Below are positions 9,081 to 14,932 of a stretch of 14,932 nt of DNA, piece after piece. Both the position numbers and the translations under genes were made by a program. The number at the start of each line of letters is the position of its first letter. The first letter of the stretch is position 1. This DNA comes from Candidatus Eiseniibacteriota bacterium (GTDB taxonomy: Bacteria > ARS69). The DNA lies in the NCBI GenBank assembly GCA_052390515.1, contig JBQTGV010000128.1, positions 1 to 14,932 of the forward strand, read 5' to 3'. Under the pieces are notes generated by a model, which did no database searches, was not told where the DNA came from, and worked only from the letters and a program-made list of their open reading frames with translations.

Positions 9081-9108
9081 CGGCGCCTCCGTCCCCGGGT
9101 TCCGCGGC

Positions 9109-9137
9109 AGTGTGCCGCAGCCGGTGCGGCCTGGCAA
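9109..9137 (-). promoter_or_regulatory. Candidate sigma70-type promoter of thyA-folA
   Basis: Minus strand TTGCCA (9137-9132), 17-nt spacer, CACACT (9114-9109), ending 28 nt before the thyA start. Confidence 0.45.
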
Positions 9138-9155
9138 CCCGCGGCCGGCCCGGCG

Positions 9156-9185
9156 TTGCTGCGCCTTGGCGGCCGATGCTAGAGT
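9156..9185 (+). promoter_or_regulatory. Candidate sigma70-type (extended -10) promoter of the kinase/activator gene
   Basis: TTGCTG (9156-9161), 18-nt spacer, TAGAGT (9180-9185) with an extended -10 TG at 9177-9178; back-to-back with the thyA promoter candidate. Confidence 0.45.
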
Positions 9186-9227
9186 CCGCTGCGCGCGTCG
9201 GGTTTCCCGGCGGCGCCCGGGAACAAC

Positions 9228-12200
9228 ATGAAAGCGCACGAGACGCCGGCCGTGCCCGGCTACGACGTCGAGGCTTGCATCGGAGGAGGCTCCTCCGGGG
9301 ACGTGTACCGCGTCCGCCACCTCGACTCCGGCGACGTGCAGGCGCTCAAGATCGCCCACCCCTCGCCCCGCGGGAGCGCCGAGGAGATCGCGTTCCGCCA
9401 AGAGTACGACTTCCAGTCCCGGCTGCGCCATCCCCACATCGTGCAGACGCATCGGTTCGGCGAGACCGACGACCTTCGCCCCTTCTACACGATGGAGCAC
9501 GTGGACGCGGTGCCCCTCCGCGAGCTCTACGTTCGGGGCGGCGTGGAGGCCCTGGGGGAGGCCGCGCTGGCGGTGTGCTGCGCGCTGGAGTACGCCCACG
9601 GCCAGAACTTGCTGCACGGGGACATCAAGCCCGCCAACCTGCTCGTCTCGGCGAGACCCGACGGAAGCTTGGACCGCGCGTTGCTCGGCGACTTCGGCCA
9701 CGCGCGGCCGCTGGGGCAGGGAGCGGCCTCCGTTCAGGGAACGCTCGCCTACCTCGCACCGGAGGAGATCGACGGCTGGCTGACCGACGTCCGCTCCGAT
9801 CTGTACTCGCTGGGCGTGACGCTCTTCGAGGCGATCACCGGGCGGCTGCCGTATCCCGCGTCCACTGCGGCCGAGCTCTTCCGCATCATCAACGAGGTGC
9901 AGGGTCCGCCGAGGCTCGCGGAGGCGGCGCCGGACCTCGATCCGCGCTGGGCGAAGCTCGTCGATTCCATGATCGCCCGCAACCCGGCGCTGCGTCCGCG
10001 TTCGGCCACCGAGGCCGCGTCGGCGGTCGCGGCGCTCCTCGGCCGGAGCCTGCGCCGCGACGGACCTCACGGCGACGGGGAGGCGGTCTTCGGCACGACC
10101 CTGGTGTTCGTGGGCCGGGGCGCGGAGCGCCAGCGGCTGCTGCAATTGCTCCGCGATCCCGGCTCGGCGCGCACCGTGCTCGTCACCGGCGTCGAGGGCG
10201 TCGGCAAGTCCCGCTTCGTGGAAGAGTTCGCGCGGTCCGTCGAGCTGGACGGCGCCCGCGTCTTTCGGACCGACGCGCGCGGGGAGTCGGGCCCCGCGTT
10301 CCGCGTCCTGCGCCGGGTGCGCGGCGAGGGCCGCTGCGAGGACCTCACCGCCGCCCGGAGCGAGAGGCGCGCCGACCCTTTCGCGCCGGCGGGCTCGCGC
10401 GCGGAGCTCGAGGCGCTCGTCGACAGGCTGGTCGGCGGGCAGGAGTCCATGGACGTCGAGCGCGTGTACGTCTTCGACTCGCTGGAGTCCGCCGACCTGG
10501 ACAGCACCGACTTCCTGCGCGCGCTCGCGGCGAGGCTCGCCGGGACGCGGCATCTGCTGCTGCTGGCGGCCGAGACGGCTGCCGGATGCGCCGCCGTCGA
10601 AAGACTCCGCGGCCCGGACGTGGTGGAGATCGCGCTCGGGCCGCTCTCCTCCTCCGAGGTTCGGGAACTGCTGGTGGCGCACCTGGGCGACGCCGCGGGC
10701 GCTCCCGGATCCTCGGTCCCGCTCGACGACCTGGAGCTCGGCCGGCTCGTCACCTGGACGGAGCGTCACGCCGGCGGCAATCCACGACTCCTGGAGGCCG
10801 CCCTGCGGTCGCTGTCGCGACACGGGTACCTGCGACGCGCCGAGTCCGGCTGGCGCCTCGACGAGGCCGCGCTCGAGAGACGGCCTCTCCTGCTCGCCCC
10901 CCGCGAGCGGGTCGCGGAACGCGTGCGCCTGCTCTCTCCCGCCGGGCGCGCCTACCTCGAGCTCGCCGCCGTGTGCGGATCCGAGTTCGACGCCTCGGCG
11001 CTGGGCGCCGCGCGAGGTTTCGACGCGGAGAGCGCATCCGCTTTCCTCACCGATGCGCTGCTGGCCGGCGTCCTGGTGCTCGCGCCGGGGCGGGCCTCCG
11101 CCTACCGGTTCGCCGATCCCGCGGCCCGGCGCGTTCTGCTCGAAGGCCTCGACGAGGAGACGCGCGGCGACCTCCACCGGCGTATCGCCGGGCACCTGCG
11201 GGCGGCCGGCGCGGCGGCCGACCCCGCGCTCGCCGAGCACCTCCGGCTGGCCGGCGAGGCGGCGCTGGCCCGGGAGACGTACGCGCTCGCCGGCGAGGCA
11301 GCACGCGCCGCGGGCGCATTCCAGGAGGCGGCGCGTTGCTTCGAGAACGCGTGGCGCCTCCCGGCACCCGCGGGGGAGGCGGCGCTTCCCGCGTTCGCGC
11401 TCTCCTGGCTCGACGCGCTGCACGTCAACGGCCAGTTCGGCGACGCCGTGCTCCTCTCCGCGGAGCTGCTCGCGCGCGCCGCGGAGCTGCCGCGCTCCCG
11501 GCCCGACGTCGGGCACGTGCTCGTCGCTCGCGCGGCGTGCCTCGGCCAGCTCGGCCGCCGGGACGAGGCGCAGCAGTCGCTGCGCTCGCTTCTGGACTCC
11601 GAGCCGCCGCCCGAGGACCGCCGCCTCGAAGCACGCGCGCTCATCCAGTACGGCCAGCTCGAGGCGCACGCGAACCGCAAGGAGAGCGCGCGAGAGTACC
11701 TGCTCGAGGCCCGGGACCTCGCCGCGCGAGAGGGCCTCGCCTACGAGAGCGGCAAGGCGGAGCTGTTCCTGGGCGTGGTCTGCTGGCGGGAGAACGATCC
11801 GGAAGGCGCTCTGGAGTGGCTCGCCCGCGCGCAGGACCACCTGGTCGCGGCGCGCGGCGACGACCTGCTCCCCGCGGTCTGGGGCAACCAGGCGATTTGC
11901 CACTGGTATCTCCTGGACGCGCGCAAGGCCGCCGTGGCGCATCGGCGGGCGGCGGACGGCTACCTCCGGCAGCACCGCCGCTCCGAGGCCGCGCGTTCCT
12001 ACCAGAACCTCGCGCACGTGCTCACCGAGACCGGACGCTGGCAGGAGGCGGAGCGGGCCCTCGAGGCCGCGGAGCGCCTGAACCGAACGCTCAGCGGTCC
12101 GCGGCACGCGAGCTACTTCCACTACGGGAAGGCGCGGCTGGCGCTCTATCGCGGCCGGCTGGACGAGGCCGCGTCCCACGCCGAGCGCGCCGTGACGCTG

Positions 12201-14393
12201 GGGCGAAGTGTGGACGACGCCCTCGTCACTTGCGGGCACCTGTGCCTCCGCGGCCTCGTCGAGATCGCGTCGGGAAGGCACGAGGCCGCGCGCCGCACGG
12301 GAGAGGAGGCGCTCGCCGCCGCCCGCGCCGCCGACTACGGGTTCGGTCTCGCCAAGAGCCTCTGGATCCTCGGCGAGGCGGCGCGCCAGCGGGGCGAGAC
12401 CGACGAGGCGCTCCGCCTGCTGGAGGACGCGCGGGCCGCGGCCACCGACGCCGCGCATCCGGTGCCCGTGGCGCTGCTGCGCATCCAGCTCTCGCGCGCG
12501 GAGCTGATCGCCGAGCGCGGCGACGAATCCGAGGCGGAGGTGCTGCTGGGCGAGTGCCGCGCTCTGGCGGACCGCTGCGACTCGACCCTGTGGCGCGGGC
12601 TGCTCGCTCTCGGCGAGGGGCGGGTTCGCACCCACCTCGGCAGCTTCGAGCGCGCCCGTCAGTCGCTGGCGCCGGCCTACGAGACGTTCGCCGGACTCGG
12701 CGCGGAACTGCTGCGCGCGGAGACGCTGATCGCGCAGGCGTCGGCGCAGGCGGGGCTCGGCGGCCGCAGCGCGGCGCACTCCGCACTGCGCGCCGGCCGT
12801 TCGATCTACCAGAGCCTCGGCATGCCCGCGCCCCGCTCCCCCTTCCCCGACGACGAGGCGCCCGAGGAGGGTTCTCTCTCCACCGTCCGCAGGGTCCTGG
12901 AAGCGGCCGCCGCCGTCTCCCGCGACATCACCACGCTGCAGAGCGTCGACGACGTGCTGCGCCGGATCCTCGACGTGGCCATCACCCACCTGGGCACGGA
13001 GCGCGGGGTCGTCGCGCTGGCGAATCCGCAGACCGGGGAGCTGGAGGTGAAGTTCGCCCGCAACATCGATCGGGAGTCGATCTCCGGCACCCTGGAGATC
13101 AGCCGTTCGGCGCTCGCCATGGTCAGACGCGAGGGCGACGTGATCCACAGCAGGGACGCGCTGGACGACCCGGAGCTTCGCCTGCACGAGAGCGTGCGCC
13201 GCGGCCGCATCCGCTCGCTGATCTCCCTGCCGATCCGCTGGGGCGAGACGACGCTCGGCGCGCTGTACATGGACCACCGCACCCTGACCGATCTCTTCGG
13301 GAGGGAGGAGCAGCTCTTCCTCCGCTTCATCGCCGACCTGGCCGCGATCGGCATCCGCAACGCGCAGCAGTTCGAGATCAAGGAGGAGGCCGTACGAAAT
13401 CTGCGCGGTGAGATCGAGGATGACGAGCTCGTGTTTCCCGCCACGGTGGTGGGGCGGAGCGGGCGCTTCCGAGACATGCTCCGGCGCGCCCTGCGCGCCA
13501 TGCGCTCGGGAAGGATCGTCCTGATGACCGGGCCGAGCGGGTGCGGCAAGGACCACCTCGCGAACGTCCTCCACGACGCCGTCGGCCGGCGCGGTCCCTT
13601 CGTGGACTGTCCGCTCCCCACCCTCTCCGAGACGCTCCTCGAAGCCGAGCTCTTCGGGGTGGCGCACGGCGCGGCGACGCAGACGACCGCGCGCGAGGGC
13701 CTCGTCGACGCCGCCGGGAGCGGGACGCTCTTCCTGAACGAGGTCGCCGACCTGCCGCTCTTCCTGCAGCCGAAGCTGCTCCACTTCCTGGAGCGCCGCG
13801 AGTACCGCCGGGTGGGCAGCACCAAGACGCTCCACTCGGAGGCCGCGATCCTGTGCGCCACGAACGCGAACCTCGAGCGCAAGGTCGCGGAGGGCAGCTT
13901 CCGCGAGGACCTCTTCTACCGCATGTCGGAGTGCGTGCTGGAGATCCCCCCCCTCCGCGAGCGACGCGAGGACATCCCCCTCCTGGCCGAGCTGTTCCTG
14001 GGCGAGGAGGGCCGCCTCCTGGGGCGGCCCCGACCGGTCCTCGATCCCGCTGCGATGGACCTGCTCATGCGCTGCTCCTGGGATGGCAACATCCGCGAGT
14101 TCCGGAGCTGCTTGAAGGGCGCCGTCGCCGAGAGCAAGGACGGCTACATCGAGCCGCGGCACCTGAACGCCGCCAGCCTGCACAGGCTCGAGCGGGACGG
14201 GGCAGGCGGGGGCTTCCGCGACGAGGTCGAGCTCGTGGAGCGGCGAAGCATCAGCGAGGCGCTGGAGCGCTGCGGGGGAATCATCAAGCGCACCGCGACG
14301 TCCCTGCGGATTCCGGAGAGCACGCTTCGGCGCAAGATCATCCGCCACCGACTCCGGCACCTCGTCACTCAGAAGCGACGGCAAGCGGACTGA
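9228..14393 (+). CDS. Multidomain regulator: Ser/Thr kinase + STAND-like P-loop ATPase + TPR-like repeats + GAF + sigma54-activator AAA+ + Fis-type HTH
   Basis: 1721 aa. Kinase (about 9258-10040): [45 protein letters not shown]. ATPase: FVGR at 10107, Walker A GVEGVGKS at 10188-10211, GGNP at 10773. Ala/Leu-rich helical repeats about 11250-12820. GAF about 12920-13370 ([26 protein letters not shown]). Activator about 13440-14130 ([55 protein letters not shown]). HTH ALERCGG...[16 protein letters not shown]. Confidence 0.93.
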   Translation: MKAHETPAVPGYDVEACIGGGSSGDVYRVRHLDSGDVQALKIAHPSPRGSAEEIAFRQEYDFQSRLRHPHIVQTHRFGETDDLRPFYTMEHVDAVPLRELYVRGGVEALGEAALAVCCALEYAHGQNLLHGDIKPANLLVSARPDGSLDRALLGDFGHARPLGQGAASVQGTLAYLAPEEIDGWLTDVRSDLYSLGVTLFEAITGRLPYPASTAAELFRIINEVQGPPRLAEAAPDLDPRWAKLVDSMIARNPALRPRSATEAASAVAALLGRSLRRDGPHGDGEAVFGTTLVFVGRGAERQRLLQLLRDPGSARTVLVTGVEGVGKSRFVEEFARSVELDGARVFRTDARGESGPAFRVLRRVRGEGRCEDLTAARSERRADPFAPAGSRAELEALVDRLVGGQESMDVERVYVFDSLESADLDSTDFLRALAARLAGTRHLLLLAAETAAGCAAVERLRGPDVVEIALGPLSSSEVRELLVAHLGDAAGAPGSSVPLDDLELGRLVTWTERHAGGNPRLLEAALRSLSRHGYLRRAESGWRLDEAALERRPLLLAPRERVAERVRLLSPAGRAYLELAAVCGSEFDASALGAARGFDAESASAFLTDALLAGVLVLAPGRASAYRFADPAARRVLLEGLDEETRGDLHRRIAGHLRAAGAAADPALAEHLRLAGEAALARETYALAGEAARAAGAFQEAARCFENAWRLPAPAGEAALPAFALSWLDALHVNGQFGDAVLLSAELLARAAELPRSRPDVGHVLVARAACLGQLGRRDEAQQSLRSLLDSEPPPEDRRLEARALIQYGQLEAHANRKESAREYLLEARDLAAREGLAYESGKAELFLGVVCWRENDPEGALEWLARAQDHLVAARGDDLLPAVWGNQAICHWYLLDARKAAVAHRRAADGYLRQHRRSEAARSYQNLAHVLTETGRWQEAERALEAAERLNRTLSGPRHASYFHYGKARLALYRGRLDEAASHAERAVTLGRSVDDALVTCGHLCLRGLVEIASGRHEAARRTGEEALAAARAADYGFGLAKSLWILGEAARQRGETDEALRLLEDARAAATDAAHPVPVALLRIQLSRAELIAERGDESEAEVLLGECRALADRCDSTLWRGLLALGEGRVRTHLGSFERARQSLAPAYETFAGLGAELLRAETLIAQASAQAGLGGRSAAHSALRAGRSIYQSLGMPAPRSPFPDDEAPEEGSLSTVRRVLEAAAAVSRDITTLQSVDDVLRRILDVAITHLGTERGVVALANPQTGELEVKFARNIDRESISGTLEISRSALAMVRREGDVIHSRDALDDPELRLHESVRRGRIRSLISLPIRWGETTLGALYMDHRTLTDLFGREEQLFLRFIADLAAIGIRNAQQFEIKEEAVRNLRGEIEDDELVFPATVVGRSGRFRDMLRRALRAMRSGRIVLMTGPSGCGKDHLANVLHDAVGRRGPFVDCPLPTLSETLLEAELFGVAHGAATQTTAREGLVDAAGSGTLFLNEVADLPLFLQPKLLHFLERREYRRVGSTKTLHSEAAILCATNANLERKVAEGSFREDLFYRMSECVLEIPPLRERREDIPLLAELFLGEEGRLLGRPRPVLDPAAMDLLMRCSWDGNIREFRSCLKGAVAESKDGYIEPRHLNAASLHRLERDGAGGGFRDEVELVERRSISEALERCGGIIKRTATSLRIPESTLRRKIIRHRLRHLVTQKRRQAD

Positions 14394-14394
14394 C

Positions 14395-14533
14395 GCGCCG
14401 GATCCGGCGCCCAGAACGCCGAAAGTGGCGCCTGACGCGAAAGCCCGTGTAACCGCCGGTTGTCAGTCACTTTGCCGCCCGGCGCTCCTCGTGGCGCGCC
14501 GGTTCCGCCGCCGCTGCATCGCCGAAAACGGCG
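14395..14533. promoter_or_regulatory. Repeated CGCC-N6-GGCG palindromes, candidate upstream activator sequences
   Basis: CGCCGGATCCGGCG (14396-14409, inside the perfect 16-bp palindrome 14395-14410), CGCCGAAAGTGGCG (14417-14430), CGCCGAAAACGGCG (14520-14533); one-mismatch copies at 14483-14496 and 14497-14510. All lie upstream of the -24/-12 promoter. Confidence 0.55.
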
Positions 14534-14574
14534 CGCGGAGCCCCCCGCGCCTCGATGCCCGCACCTCGATCGAT

Positions 14575-14625
14575 ACTTTAGATGATTCGATTCAAGCTAT
14601 TGAAATACACCATGTTGAATCTACA
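14575..14625. promoter_or_regulatory. AT-rich patch with IHF-like binding site
   Basis: The most conspicuously AT-rich stretch in the window. ATTCAAGCTATTG (14590-14602) matches WATCAANNNNTTR with one mismatch; lies between the palindromes and the sigma54 promoter, where IHF sites usually are. Confidence 0.55.
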
Positions 14626-14656
14626 TGCTGGGGGGAGCCCGACGGCTGTACTGCCG

Positions 14657-14673
14657 CGGGCACGGCGGTTGCC
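14657..14673 (+). promoter_or_regulatory. Sigma54 (-24/-12) promoter
   Basis: CGGGCACGGCGGTTGCC versus consensus YTGGCACGNNNNTTGCW. GG at 14659-14660 and GC at 14671-14672 are exactly 10 nt apart; intergenic, downstream of an activator gene and 55 nt upstream of an ATG with an RBS. Confidence 0.8.
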
Positions 14674-14727
14674 TTTGCACGCCGCCCGAACCCCCAAGCC
14701 GGCCCCCCGGCCGGAAGGAGTCCCCCG

Positions 14728-14932
14728 ATGCGTTCGACCTTCCGACGCGGCGCGCTCGCGCTCGCCGCGGCTTCGCTTCTCTCGCAGTGGCCGGCCTCCA
14801 CGGCCCTGGCCGATGGCCCCCAAGGGGGCCAGGATCCTCCCGAAGGGTGCGCTCCCTCGTCGCTGTGCGACCCGGGCTGCCTCGAGTGGGATCCGCTTCT
14901 CCAGGCCTTCGTGCTGATCACCCAGGTCACCC
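14728..14932 (+). CDS. Secreted protein/peptide precursor of unknown function (3'-truncated by the window)
   Basis: Not in the ORF track. RBS GGAAGGAG at 14713-14720, ATG 14728, open to the window end: MRSTFRRGALALAAASLLSQWPASTALA-DGPQGGQDPPEGCAPSSLCDPGCLEWDPLLQAFVLITQVT. Basic n-region, hydrophobic h-region, A-L-A signal peptidase I site. Confidence 0.75.
   Translation, partial: MRSTFRRGALALAAASLLSQWPASTALADGPQGGQDPPEGCAPSSLCDPGCLEWDPLLQAFVLITQVT

Noticed and set aside
9110-13411. 1433-aa plus-strand ORF overlapping the kinase/activator gene
   Set aside because: Arg/Gly/Pro/Ala-rich off-frame translation with no motifs, expected from GC-rich third positions.
8286-14384. 2032-aa minus-strand ORF suggesting a giant N-terminal fusion to thymidylate synthase
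   Set aside because: It is codon-aligned antisense to the 1721-aa gene, a common stop-free shadow in GC-rich DNA. No motifs are recognisable before the last 264 aa, and thyA has its own RBS, GTG start (9080) and promoter candidate.
14578-14930. Track ORFs 14582-14917 (+), 14578-14823 (-) and 14592-14930 (-)
   Set aside because: They run across the AT patch and sigma54 promoter, have no recognisable features, and conflict with the better-supported ORF at 14728.
1-14932. CRISPR arrays, tRNA/rRNA genes, transposases or integrases
   Set aside because: No regularly spaced repeats, RNA-gene signatures or recombinase motifs seen; nearly all sequence is accounted for by the listed genes.

Overview
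A very GC-rich bacterial window (about 70% GC by eye, not computed) with three blocks. (1) 1-6594: a SUF Fe-S cluster assembly operon: the 3' end of an Rrf2-family regulator, then sufB-sufC-sufD-sufS-sufU-sufT and an A-type carrier (sufA/iscA-like). A small [3Fe-4S]-type ferredoxin gene with its own promoter candidate sits antisense between sufT and the carrier. (2) 6613-9080, minus strand: thyA-folA, then a NYN/LabA-type protein with apparently eroded catalytic motifs, a cold-shock-like OB domain and a very acidic tail. (3) 9228-14932: one 1721-aa gene fusing a Hanks Ser/Thr kinase, STAND-like P-loop ATPase, TPR-like repeats, GAF, sigma54-activator AAA+ (atypical GAATQT loop and Walker-B NE) and Fis-type HTH. 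It is followed by repeated CGCC-N6-GGCG palindromes, an AT-rich IHF-like site, a near-consensus -24/-12 sigma54 promoter and a signal-peptide-bearing ORF absent from the ORF track and cut by the window edge. Block 3 looks like a self-contained sensor/activator-plus-secreted-target module and is the best candidate for an undescribed system. All calls come from motif recognition by eye; no searches were run.
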